A stretch of DNA of 64,000 nt from Eledone cirrhosa (taxonomy: Eukaryota): assembly GCA_964016885.1 (NCBI GenBank), contig OZ024758.1, forward strand, positions 29,264,001 to 29,328,000. Direction: 5' to 3'. The translations under genes were made by a program, and so were the position numbers. Under the pieces are notes generated by a model. The model was not told the DNA's origin. It saw only the letters and a program-made list of their open reading frames with translations, and made no database searches. Every line of letters begins with the position of its first letter. Within the stretch, counting starts at the first letter, position 1. Below are positions 27,390 to 40,309 of this stretch, one piece after another.

Positions 27390-27765
27390 GTTACAAGAAG
27401 AAGTTGCCAAATTACAAAATGAATGCCTTCAAAAGTCTGATGAGAACAGACTTTTGTATAATAACTTTAGAAGTACAGAAGAACAGTTTCACAAAGGATT
27501 ACTTGAGAAAAATGAAGACATTGCAATGTTGCGATCTAAAGTTGTGACACCTCAACAGTTAGAACTGATTCGCTTGGAGAGTTATTCTGATTTAGAGAAA
27601 ACTTTTAAGGAACGCTATCATACGCTGGAATTAGAGTTGGAGGAGTATAAGAACTGCTGCAATAGACAACGCTATGAATTGTCTTTGCTGGAGAGCAAGT
27701 GTGAACAGCAAGATGTGCAACACAGAAACGCACTCCAGGAATTGAGGAAAAAGTTGGAAGCTGAG
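27390..27765 (+). CDS. CEP83: CEP83 coding exon 2
   Basis: AG/GT bounded and phase-compatible. Contains VVTPQQLELIR and RYELSLLESKCE. Confidence 0.9.
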
Positions 27766-28481
27766 GTATTGTACAGTTTAATTACCATTTAATCAAAGGC
27801 CTCTTTTTGGCCATCACTGACCATGTGATTGCATCTGAAATGTACCTCTCCAGGGCGTTAACCTGGGTATGGGCTTTTGTGGAAAACCAGCAATCACTCA
27901 TGCATGCTCTCCATACCACCAATGTTATCCAAGGGAAAGGTTAAGGCTAATACAGCTTGGCATCATCATCATCATCATTATCATCATTATCGTTTAACGT
28001 CCATATTCCACGCTTGCATATCAATAGCATTTTAAAAACATGCTAGTGGTACTGAAAAGAAAAGTTCTAGGAAACAAGAACAATTATCAAACCACTGTTA
28101 ATTTATTTTATTTCATCATCATCATCGTTTAACGTCCATTTTCCATGCTAGCATGAGTTTAGTATATATATATATTTTTTGTAACCTTACAAGAACTCTT
28201 ATTTGCCAGTTGTTCAAAAACTTAAACTCTTTTGATATATATAACCACCTGAAACCACCCTTGCTTCTATGATACAAAACTGCTTGTTTTGTAATGTTAT
28301 TTCATCATCATCGTCGTTTAACGTCTGTCTTCCACGCTAGCATGGGTTAGACGGGAATTGTCCCACTTGAGGCAAGATTGATTGAGTGACCATGTCTTGC
28401 TCGTACAGGACTGTATCTGGCAGGTTTTATACGGCTGGATGCCCTTCCTAACACCAACCACACTAACCCTTCAATATATAT

Positions 28482-29620
28482 ATCATCATCATTTTACGTC
28501 TGCTTTTCCCTGCTTGCAAGGGGGGAACGGGTCCTATTCAGCACAGCATCTCTCCACTTGTCACGGTCCTTCGTCATCTCCTCCGTGAACTTAAGCGATC
28601 TAAAGTCTGCTCTTACCACCTCCGCTCATGTTTTTTGTGGTCTTCCTCTACTGCGTCTTCCTTCTACTGGGATTTCTTGGCACTTCTTTACACAGCAGTC
28701 ATCTTCCATGCACATCACATGTCCATTCCATCGCAGTCTTCTCTCCCGCACACCACAACTTATCCCTCTTATACATAGTTTCTTTCTCAACTCATCTATG
28801 CTTGGTCGTTCACGCACATTGACATTGCACATCCAATGGAGCATGCTTCATTTCTTTCCAGCCATCGCTTATCCTCTGCAGTTGGTTGCCCATGTCTCAC
28901 CACCATGCAGCATCTCACACAGGCATCATATAACCAGCCTTTTGTACGCAGGGAGAAACCCTTTGTCAACAAAGGAAGCAACTCCCTAAACTTCTACCAA
29001 CCTATCCTTATTCTAGATACTATGGCCTCGGAACCCCCCCTCCTCCCATGCTAATCTGATCACCTATGTACTGGAAGCTATCAACCACTTCTATAGAACC
29101 CAACTGCATTTCAAAAATGTGTCTATCACTGCGACTTCTAATGTCAAATTTCCCTGTGCATCTACTGCATACATACTTTTCCCTACCTGTTAGTTTGCCT
29201 GCTATCCCACTACATCTCTTATGTACCCAAGATCTGCATTGTGTGCATCTTATAGAATTTATGCCAGTTCCTTTTCTGCATATCGAACATGGCCATTTCC
29301 CTGACGGAATCAGAGTTTTGTCCTCTTTTCTACTCAGTCTTAAACTCCTCTGTTATGGCTTGGAGGACTATAATGAACAAGAGTGGGCTGAAGACCAAAC
29401 CCTGATGTAGACCTACTTGTATCTGGAATTCCTCACTAAACTCCATACCTACCCTAACTTTACTGACAGCACCCCTCTACATAGCTTGCACTGTCCTCAC
29501 AAGCCATTCCTCTAGACCTAGTTTCCTTAGGGACCACCAGATGACAGATCAGGGTACCCTATCATAGGCCTTCCCTAGGTCAACAAAAGCTAAGTATAGT
29601 GGCGTATTCTTCTCTAAGAG
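28482..29620 (-). mobile_element. Decayed RTE LINE fragment with the YADD region deleted
   Basis: Colinear with 8003-9275, with an internal deletion at ~29334. Confidence 0.88.
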
Positions 29621-29892
29621 CCTCAGTATATATATATAAAAATAACACTAATCTAGTACTTCACTAATTCTTTGGTAAGATACCGATAATGGAGATAAAT
29701 ATTGACTAATAATCTTCGGTTGCTCTGCAAAAGGATGTGATATTTTAGCTGTATTGAAATGTTCGTAGAGATGTATGAATAAATAATTTCTTATCCTTGA
29801 TTTTCTTATAATTTTGAAATCGTCATCATCATCGTTTTACGTCTGCTTATATATATATACTAGCTGGATCATCCAGCTGGTCCGCGGCTACC

Positions 29893-32800
29893 GTTGAAAA
29901 TATATAGTACAGTATTACTGTTGAAAATATGTAGTATAGTATTACTGTTGAAAATATATAGTATAGTATTACTGTTGAAAATATATAGTATAGTATTACT
30001 GTTGAAAATATATAGTATAGTATTACTGTTGAAAATATATAGTACAGTATTACTGTTGAAAATATATAGTATAGTATTACTGTTGAAAATATATAGTACA
30101 GTATTACTGTTGAAAATATATAGTATAGTATTACTGTTGAAAATATGTAGTATAGTATTACTGTTGAAAATATATAGTATAGTATTACTGTTGAAAATAT
30201 ATAGTATAGTATTACTGTTGAAAATGTATAGTACAGTATTACTGTTGAAAATATGTAGTATAGTATTACTGTTGAAAATATATAGTATAGTATTACTGTT
30301 GAAAATGTATAGTATAGTATAGTATTACTGTTGAAAATATATAGTACAATATTACTGTTGAAAATATATAGTATAGTATTACTGTTGAAAATATATAGTA
30401 CAATATTACTGTTGAAAATATGTAGTATAGTATTACTGTTGAAAATATATAGTATAGTATTACTGTTGAAAATATATAGTATAGTATAGTATTACTGTTG
30501 AAAATATATAGTATAGTATTACTGTTGAAAATATATAGTATAGTATTACTGTTGAAAATATATAGTATAGTATTACTGTTGAAAATATGTAGTACAGTAT
30601 TACTGTTGAAAATATATAGTACAGTATTACTGTTGAAAATATATAGTATAGTATTACTGTTGAAAATATATAGTATAGTATTACTGTTGAAAATATATAG
30701 TATAGTATTACTGTTGAAAATATATAGTATAGTATAGTATTACTGTTGAAAATATATAGTATAGTATTACTGTTGAAAATATGTAGTACAGTATTACTGT
30801 TGAAAATATATAGTACAGTATTACTGTTGAAAATATATAGTATAGTATTACTGTTGAAAATATATAGTATAGTATTACTGTTGAAAATATATAGTATAGT
30901 ATAGTATTACTGTTGAAAATATATAGTATAGTATTACTGTTGAAAATATGTAGTACAGTATTACTGTTGAAAATATATAGTACAGTATTACTGTTGAAAA
31001 TATATAGTATAGTATTACTGTTGAAAATATATAGTATAGTATTACTGTTGAAAATATATAGTATAGTATAGTATTACTGTTGAAAATATATAGTATAGTA
31101 TTACTGTTGAAAATATGTAGTACAGTATTACTGTTGAAAATATATAGTACAGTATTACTGTTGAAAATATATAGTATAGTATTACTGTTGAAAATATATA
31201 GTATAGTATTACTGTTGAAAATATATAGTACAGTATTACTGTTGAAAATATATAGTACAGTATTACTGTTGAAAATATATAGTACAGTATTACTGTTGAA
31301 AATATATAGTATAGTATAGTATTACTGTTGAAAATATATAGTATAGTATTACTGTTGAAAATATATAGTACAGTATTACTGTTGAAAATATATAGTACAG
31401 TATTACTGTTGAAAATATATAGTACAGTATTACTGTTGAAAATATATAGTACAGTATTACTGTTGAAAATATATAGTATAGTATTACTGTTGAAAATATA
31501 TAGTATAGTATTACTGTTGAAAATATATAGTATAGTATTACTGTTGAAAATATATAGTACAGTATTACTGTTGAAAATATATAGTATAGTATTACTGTTG
31601 AAAATATATAGTACAGTATTACTGTTGAAAATATATAGTATAGTATTACTGTTGAAAATATATAGTATAGTATTACTGTTGAAAATATATAGTATAGTAT
31701 TACTGTTGAAAATATATAGTACAATATTACTGTTGAAAATATATAGTATAGTATTACTGTTGAAAATATATAGTACAATATTACTGTTGAAAATATGTAG
31801 TATAGTATTACTGTTGAAAATATATAGTACAGTATTACTGTTGAAAATATATAGTATAGTATAGTATTACTGTTGAAAATATATAGTATAGTATTACTGT
31901 TGAAAATATATAGTATAGTATTACTGTTGAAAATATATAGTATAGTATTACTGTTGAAAATATGTAGTACAGTATTACTGTTGAAAATATATAGTACAGT
32001 ATTACTGTTGAAAATATATAGTATAGTATTACTGTTGAAAATATATAGTATAGTATTACTGTTGAAAATATATAGTATAGTATAGTATTACTGTTGAAAA
32101 TATATAGTATAGTATTACTGTTGAAAATATGTAGTACAGTATTACTGTTGAAAATATATAGTACAGTATTACTGTTGAAAATATATAGTATAGTATTACT
32201 GTTGAAAATATATAGTATAGTATTACTGTTGAAAATATATAGTATAGTATAGTATTACTGTTGAAAATATATAGTATAGTATTACTGTTGAAAATATGTA
32301 GTACAGTATTACTGTTGAAAATATATAGTATAGTATTACTGTTGAAAATATATAGTATAGTATTACTGTTGAAAATATATAGTATAGTATTACTGTTGAA
32401 AATATATAGTATAGTATTACTGTTGAAAATATATAGTATAGTATTACTGTTGAAAATATATAGTATAGTATTACTGTTGAAAATATATAGTATAGTATAG
32501 TATTACTGTTGAAAATATATAGTATAGTATTACTGTTGAAAATATATAGTATAGTATAGTATTACTGTTGAAAATATATAGTATAGTATTACTGTTGAAA
32601 ATATGTAGTACAGTATTACTGTTGAAAATATATAGTATAGTATTACTGTTGAAAATATATAGTATAGTATTACTGTTGAAAATATATAGTATAGTATAGT
32701 ATTACTGTTGAAAATATATAGTATAGTATTACTGTTGAAAATATATAGTATAGTATTACTGTTGAAAATATATAGTATAGTATTACTGTTGAAAATATAT

Positions 32801-33227
32801 AGTATAGTATTACTGTTGAAAATATATAGTATAGTATTACTGTTGAAAATATATAGTATAGTATAGTATTACTGTTGAAAATATATAGTATAGTATTACT
32901 GTTGAAAATATATAGTATAGTATTACTGTTGAAAATATATAGTATAGTATTACTGTTGAAAATATATAGTATAGTATTACTGTTGAAAATATATAGTATA
33001 GTATTACTGTTGAAAATATATAGTATAGTATTACTGTTGAAAATATATAGTATAGTATTACTGTTGAAAATATATAGTATAGTATTACTGTTGAAAATAT
33101 ATAGTATAGTATAGTATTACTGTTGAAAATATATAGTATAGTATTACTGTTGAAAATATATAGTATAGTATAGTATTACTGTTGAAAATATATAGTATAG
33201 TATTACTGTTGAAAATATATAGTATAG
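29893..33227. repeat. 27-bp AT-rich satellite (GTTGAAAATATATAGTATAGTATTACT) with occasional 32-bp units
   Basis: About 3.3 kb of visible periodicity. Confidence 0.97.
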
Positions 33228-33462
33228 TGATGGAGGATGACCGCTGGGTAAAGAAGTGCCAAGAAGTCCCAGTGGAGGGAAGACGCAGTAGAGGAAGACC
33301 ACGAAAAACATGGGCGGAGGTGGTGAGAGCAGACCTCAGATTGCTGTAACTCACGGAGGAAATGATGAAGGACCGTGACTTGTGGGGAGATGCTGTGCTG
33401 AAGTGGATCCGTCCCACCCTTGCAAGCAGGGAAGAGGGGACGTAAAATAATAATGATGATGA
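33228..33462 (+). mobile_element. RTE LINE 3' fragment
   Basis: Encodes MEDDRWVKKCQEVPVEGRRSRGRPRKTW and carries the same 3' tail as 8003-8050. Confidence 0.85.
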
Positions 33463-33787
33463 TAGAGATTGACAATATACACAAATTTAATCCATGATAC
33501 ATTTAAAAAAAAGACGATATTATATATAAACAGCAAAATATATGTATGTTTATTTAAGCGATCGCTAACCGGAATTGTTGATATTTGAAAATTTTAAAGA
33601 AGTGAATCTTTAAATAAACAAAATAACGAAATTTAGTAGAGAAAAATACCTTCACTTTCTTCCTTGGAAAAAGTTACATCTATCGTGCAAATTTGGTGGT
33701 GTTTGGTCCAGCCGTTTTGCCAAAAGTTTGTTACATACATATGGCCATCAGCTTTATAGTATATACATATATATATATATATATATA

Positions 33788-33825
<38 letters not shown>

Positions 33826-34488
33826 TATAAATAGAAATGTTTGCCGTATTTTTTACTAAAGAAATTTTAGCCTGATAGAGGGGTTTAGAACCCTCTAAGA
33901 AATGGAAAAAGATGAGTATTAACGTTCACACTCACCACACACACACACACATATATATAGTGTTATGTTTATATAAAGCGTTTTATATTTATATAAAATA
34001 CTTTTCACTGTGATTTTAGTAAGAATTTTTATGTTCCAAACAGCAGATTAATAAATAGTGAGAAAGTGAGTTATATAACGAAATCCTTCCAATTTCTTCA
34101 TTATTTTCAAAATTATTTGAAAACCATAAGCAGTATCTTTCACTAGAAATATGGTAGCGGAAGGGTTAAATATCCAAGGGTTTCTGTTCATTAACCCATT
34201 AGCATTTAAACTGGCCTTTTCTGGCTAGAATTCTCTCACATCTTTCTGTTCAAACCAGCTGTAACTGTCCACTCATACTTATATTAAGGTATTGTTCTTA
34301 AAATAAGTGTTATCAAAATCTCATAGCTTCAATATTATGTGAGATAATTATGTGAAACCTTTACTATGAAAATACAATAGTAAATATAGAGTAATCTAAA
34401 TGTTAAAGGTTAAATGTCTTGTCTACAGCAATTGTTTGATTTACTACATATAATTCATCAATTTATATATTTTTTCTTAACCAAAAAG

Positions 34489-34737
34489 GTGAACAACGTA
34501 AGAAATGAAAAAGATCGCCTTCTTTCTCAGATTCATACTGAGTCTTCTAAAGATACAGAACAGATTTTTTCATTAAAAAGAGAAAATGTAACTTTGCAAG
34601 AACAACTGAAGGCAGCATTGACGGCGCTAGAAGAAACACAAGCTCTACGTGAAAAAGGTTCTCTTGAGATTGACAGGTTAGGGCGGATATTGGCTAAAAA
34701 TGAGGTGGAGTATAGCGCCAATGTGAAAAAAATTGAA
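34489..34737 (+). CDS. CEP83: CEP83 coding exon 3
   Basis: AG/GTAAGT, phase 0/0, coiled coil VNNVRNEKDRL...NVKKIE. Confidence 0.9.
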
Positions 34738-35986
34738 GTAAGTAATTGTTTCTTCTATTGTTTAGTCAAAATAAAGTGTGGTGGTTTGGTAGTATTGCTA
34801 GAACGTCTGACAACATGCTTCACTGCATAGAGTTACAGCCCTTTACAGTCTTTCACCCCACTAAACTAAATAAGAACCAATACTGGTTTGTTTACCTGTT
34901 TGCTACAACTGGCTTTTTAACTAAGAAGAAAATCATTTTAAATTCTGTTCTCTAGTTATGTGGTTTAGTTGAGTATATAACTGACTTTAATTTAGATTTC
35001 CTATTTTTGATTTCTTTACTTGCTCTTTGTTAATGTACGGGTTTCTAGCATCACTCCTTCAGAGCCAGCCTATGAATTTTTCAGCGGACCCTTGTACTTG
35101 AGTAAGACATAAGCACCATTTCTCTTTCCTATTGCTTCTAGAAATCCCAAATTCTCTCTCACTCTCTCTATATATATATATATACTTATATATTCATTTA
35201 AGTTTGGTGGTTCACCACTGGATAGAACTGGTCATTCCGTATAGTCAACCATGATGTAATATTAGGAAAAGCACTCAACGTTATGCAACTCCTCCATCTT
35301 CAATGTTGAATCTTGTTGGTGGTTAATTAACGGAGTTAATTATTATTGAGTAAAATAATTAACATAACTAGTATTTATAACCAATAACTGTCTGGCATAT
35401 GTTGCTTCACCGTCCAACTGCACTGACTCTTCTGGCCACGTGGAGCCTGTGGACATTTCCTGGAGTCCTTGGAAATAATAGAAATTTCCCTATTCCCGAT
35501 ATGAGATTTTACTCAGAAGTGTTGACGGGTTTATGAACCTGCGATGTCTGTGGAGCCATTATCTCAGTAGTTAATGAAAGACAAGCCACACTCATTTCTC
35601 TACATCACAAACACACAGTGATGGAACGTGACCTTTATTGTGACTATCAAAGATATATTTAATTTTTACATAAATGCTTCCTTCTTTAATATATATATAT
35701 ATATATTCTCAGACCGGGTGATGTGTTGTTTCCTTGAGCAAGACACTTTATTTCACATTGCTCCAGTTTACTCAGCTGTAGAAATGAGATGATAGGGGCT
35801 GGGGTCCCTATCATTCCACTGCAAAGTGGTCGTGGAGGTGCCACGGCAAAAAAGCACCCAGCACTCACTGTAAATGAGGTTGGTGTTAGGAAGGGCATCC
35901 AGCTGTAGAAATCAAGCCAGCATCAGTTCCCGTCCCACCCTTGCAAGCAGGGAAAAAGCGGACGTAAAATGAAATGATGATGATGA

Positions 35987-36031
<45 letters not shown>

Positions 36032-36432
36032 GGCACGTGGCTTAGTGGTTAGAGCATTGGCCTTGCAATTGAAAGGTTGTGAGTTCAATTCTCAGACCGG
36101 GTGATGTGTTGTTTCCTTGAGCAAGACACTTTATTTCACATTGCTCCAGTTTACTCAGCTGTAGAAATGAGATGATAGGGACTGGGGTCCTTATCATTCC
36201 ATTGCAAAGTGGTCATGGAGGTGCCATGGCAAAAAAAAAATCAAAAAAACACCCAGCGCACACAGTAAAGTGGACGTGTAGGTGCCACGGAAAAAAAGCA
36301 CCCAGCACTCACTGTAAATGAGGTTGGTGTTAGGAATGGCATCCAGCTGTAGAAATCAAGCCAGAATCAGTTCCCGTCCCACCCTTGCAAGCAGGGAAAA
36401 GGGGACGTAAAAATGATGATGATGATGATGAT
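36032..36432 (+). mobile_element. tRNA-derived SINE with an RTE-derived 3' tail (family B)
   Basis: Head GGCACGTGGCTTAGTGGTTAGAGC...GAGTTCAATTCTC and tail CCACCCTTGCAAGCAGGGAAAA..GACGTAAAA(TGA)n. Other copies at 35707, 37370(-), 45417, 55433(-), 57633 and 61405(-). Confidence 0.88.
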
Positions 36433-36515
36433 ATACAAGATCCCGTAAAAGGGTGAAAGCAGCGATTCTTAGCTTAAACTTTAATCTGCACTAATAATAA
36501 ATATTTGCTCTATGG

Positions 36516-36563
<48 letters not shown>

Positions 36564-36629
36564 CCTTATCGAACCCTCTTTGGATTTTGGTCTTCATAAT
36601 TATTACTATATATATTTCTTTTTTTGCAG

Positions 36630-36876
36630 GTTGAAAAGGAAATGTTGTTAAAGGAAATTCAGAAATTCCATGAGGAACTCTATGAATGTGAAATTCAGCA
36701 AACCAAATTATCAAATCAAAAACATGATCTAGAACAAGAGAGCATGAACTTCAAGACGAAGTTTGACCAACATATCCAACAGCATAAGTTAGAAATGAGT
36801 GAAGTTAAGCTAGAATTAACACGGCAGATAGGTGATGTTCAACGGGATCGGGACAAACTACAAAACACTATCGAAG
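36630..36876 (+). CDS. CEP83: CEP83 coding exon 4
   Basis: AG/GT, phase 0/1. Contains HKLEMSEVKLELTRQIGDVQRDRDKLQ. Confidence 0.9.
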
Positions 36877-37700
36877 GTACCTGACACCCTTTTATTTCAT
36901 TTACTTTTGAATATAAATCTATTACCTATTTTCTATTTAATAATTATATTTTATTAAAAAAAGATGTTTTTACTTGGTTGAAAAGTAAAAACACAAGGGT
37001 GATATATAATTCTTTCTAATATTGGCACAGTTTAGGGAAAGAGCAAGTCAGTTATATCAGTTATATCAGCTCCAATAGTTAGATGGTGCAATATTTTATT
37101 GACACCAGAAAGATAAAAGTCAGCAGGATTTGAAATTAGAATGTAGAAATTTGCAACTAAATACTGATGCTCTAAATACTGATACTGGGATGAAATACCT
37201 TAAGGATTATTCAATCTGTTTTATTGTAGACTTTTAGCTGCTATGAAAAGAGATACAAATGCTGGATAACTGACTAAAAAGTCAACGGTTGGTAATCAAC
37301 TGTTGGTGTCTCTTGCAAAAGTCAGTGGGTTTCACTGATTCAATTCAACTAGTTATATATATATATATCATCATCATCATCATCAATCTTTTACGTCTGC
37401 TTTTCCCTGCTTGCAAGGGTGGGACGGGAACTGATTCTGGCTTGATTTCTACAGCTGGATGCCCTTCCTAACACCAACCTCATTTACAGTGAGTGTTGGG
37501 TGCTTTTTTGCCGTGGCGCCTACACGACCACTTTACAGTGGAATGATAGGGAGCCCAGTCCTATCATCTCATTTCTACAGCTGAGTAAACTGGAGCAATG
37601 TGAAATAAAGTGTCTTGCTCAAGGAAACAACACATCACCCGGTCTGAGAATTGAACTCACAACTTTTCGATTGCAAGGTCAATGCTCTAACCACTGAGCC

Positions 37701-37774
<74 letters not shown>

Positions 37775-37845
37775 TATAATATATAGGTGTGGTAAGGAAC
37801 CAAGTGGACCATAATGCACCAGAGTACTCAGGGCAGTAGTGAGTA

Positions 37846-37966
37846 ATAGGAAAATGTTCAATGCCCCCGACGGCAGAGCTCAAGCCGTTTCGACGCCTAT
37901 TTAGGTCCAGAAATAGTCGTCGAAACGGCTTGAGCTCTGCCGTCGGGGTCTTGAACATTTTCCTAT
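37846..37966. repeat. Fold-back palindrome (about 56-bp arms)
   Basis: ...GCCGTTTCGACGCCTATTT-AGGTCCAG-AAATAGTCGTCGAAACGGC... Confidence 0.9.
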
Positions 37967-38379
37967 ATATATATATGTTATGTTGGTACCACACTGTAAA
38001 GTGGTCGTGTAAAAAACATGGTAGGAAGGGCATCCAGTCATAGAAAACCAGCCAGAAAGTGTCACATATATGAGCGAGACACGGTCACCCGACCCAACTT
38101 GCCTCTAGATGGGACAAACTCGTCTAACCCATGCTAGCGTGGAAGATAGACATTAAACAATGATGATGATGATATATATATATATAATGGAGAAACACAA
38201 CTCTCTATTATCACCATGGTATATGTCACACCAGGTGAAGGAACCCTTCTGTTGACTCCACCTAACATTATTTGGCGCTGGCATTAATCATCATCATCAG
38301 GTTTAGCGTCCGTGTTCCACGCTTGCATGGGTTTGGACGGGGGTTTTCCCACTTGAGGCAAGAGTGGTTGTCTTGCTCG

Positions 38380-38725
38380 CATAGGACTGTCTGGCGGGTT
38401 TTCTACAGTTGGATGCCCTTCCTAACACCAACCACATTTACAATGTGGGGCTGGGAGGTTTTTACCGTGTTGCCTACACGGCCACATTACAGCGTGGACT
38501 GTCTGGCGGGTTTTCTACAGCTGGATGCCCTTCCTAACACCAACCACATTTACAGTGTGGGGCTGGGAGGTTTTTACCGTGTTGCCTACACGGCCACATT
38601 ACAGCGTGGACTGTCTGGCGGGTTTTCTACAGCTGGATGCCCTTCCTAACACCAACCACATTTACAGTGTGGGGCTGGGAGGTTTTTACCGTGTTGCCTA
38701 CACGGCCACATTTACAGCGTGGACT
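38380..38725. repeat. 112-bp tandem triplication inside a SINE
   Basis: GGACTGTCTGGCGGG...CACATTACAGCGT occurs three times. Confidence 0.9.
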
Positions 38726-39075
38726 GTGTGTTTTTTGTCGTGACACCTACACGATCTCATTTGTTTCGGCCTGGATGTTGTGGGACCAACATAACTTTAC
38801 ATTGAAAGGGGCGGTGTGGATGGGGTGGAGGTGGTGGGACGGGGGGGTGGGGGGGTATTTTGATAGAGATGCCTACTGACTGTAGTAGGTTTTTACTTTG
38901 TATTTAGGTAAGGCGGGTCTTCTCTATTACTGAGTACCGCCAAAGGTCTCGGTCCAGTGACATTGTCTTGGAGAGGTGTAAGCGTGTGAGGTCGGAATTT
39001 ATCAGCTCGTCCCATGTAAATTAATAGTAAATTAATTCAATTCACAATACTGGGTTTGAATTCTCTTTTGGACTA

Positions 39076-39453
39076 GTGCCATAATAAAATGTACTCAGCC
39101 CATACTGTAATGTGGTAGTTTGGTGCCATAATAAAATGTACTCAGCCCATACTGTAATGTGGTAGTTTGGTGCCATAATAAAATGTACTCAGCCCATACT
39201 GTAATGTGGTAGTTTGGTGCCATAATAAAATGTACTCAGCCCATACTGTAATGTGGTAGTTTGGTGCCATAATAAAATGTACTCAGCACATACTGTAATG
39301 TGGTAGTTTGGTGCCATAATAAAATGTACTCAGCCCATACTGTAATGTGGTAGTTTGGTGCCATAATAAAATGTACTCAGCCCATACTGTAATGTGGTAG
39401 TTTGGTGCCACGATAAAAATGTACTCAGCCCATACTGTAATGTGGTAGTTTGG
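39076..39453. repeat. 47-bp minisatellite, about 8 units
   Basis: GTGCCATAATAAAATGTACTCAGCCCATACTGTAATGTGGTAGTTTG. Confidence 0.93.
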
Positions 39454-40165
39454 TCCCCATTCCTGATGGGAGCAGAGAAAAGGATGACTGGTTTGTACAC
39501 AATTATAGTAATCGTGTCATGTATGTGACAACCTCCCCAGTGCACTAGTGCCATAATAAACTGCACCCGGTGCACTCTGTAGAGTGCAGGAATGTGTGTA
39601 AGTGAGAAGCAGGCCCCCAGCCCATGTGAGAAGTCAGTAATTCTGATTTTGTACTGACTTTGTCTGTAATGACCTGTCCAGTCCTTGCCAGCAGGGAAAA
39701 CAGATGCTAACTCTTTAACATTTACATTACTCTATATTTACTATTGTATTTTCATGATAAACACTTTATCTCATATAATATTGAATCTATGAGATTTTGA
39801 TATTATTTATTTTGAGAACAATACCTTAACATAAGTATGAGCTGGTTACAGCCAGTTTGAACAGAAAGATGCAAGAAAATTCTGGCCGAATATGGTTTAA
39901 ATGCTAAAGGATTAAATGATGATGACGCTAATGGTACAGAAATGGGGTTCTATTATTGACAGCTCAGTAGTGTTTAGTTAAAGAGAAGCTTAATGAATAA
40001 CATGAAAATTTGAAATAACTGCATGGAACAAATAAATTTGTTCAAATCTGAACTTTAAAAAAAACCCAACTCGTGAAATCTGAGAGTTAAATACAATAAT
40101 CCTCTTGCTAAATACAATATTATAAAACTATTTCTTTTCTCAATCACTGTCTCACTATTATTTCA

Positions 40166-40309
40166 ATCTAAAGGTTCAGCTAGATGTATCAGAACAGGCA
40201 AATAGGCAACAATCTCAAAGCTTAATAGAAAAAAAGAAGAAATGAGCAGACAAGTCCAGATTGTGAAAGAGAAAGAGATTCAGAGACTGAATGAAGTTGA
40301 AAATGAAAA
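40166..40309 (+). CDS. CEP83: CEP83 coding exon 5 (apparent 1-nt frameshift; acceptor uncertain, exon start 40166 or 40184)
   Basis: LKVQLDVSEQANRQQSQSLIEK in one frame, then EEMSRQVQIVKEKEIQRLNEVENEK in the -1 frame. The GTGAG donor is phase 2 and fits the next exon. Confidence 0.8.

Larger units (their letters stand above)
29860..33768 (-). mobile_element. Helitron-like element carrying a satellite array and an RTE 3' fragment
   Basis: CTAG plus hairpin GCTGGATCATCCAGC at 29860-29877. 33540-33640 matches the Helitron at 11893 in reverse, and the 5' end resembles (TC)TATACTATAAAG. Confidence 0.65.

Noticed and set aside
29894-33114. KIYSIVLLL and YYIFSTVIL repeat ORFs
   Set aside because: Translations of a 27-bp intronic satellite, broken by 5-nt insertions.
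36032-36100. tRNA gene
   Set aside because: A and B boxes are present, but the sequence is the head of a multi-copy SINE with a body and LINE-like tail. No proper acceptor stem or terminator was seen.
40161-40170. A-to-I editing creating the exon 5 acceptor (CAA to CAG)
   Set aside because: Splicing there would read GTC TAA, an immediate stop, so it cannot rescue the frame.
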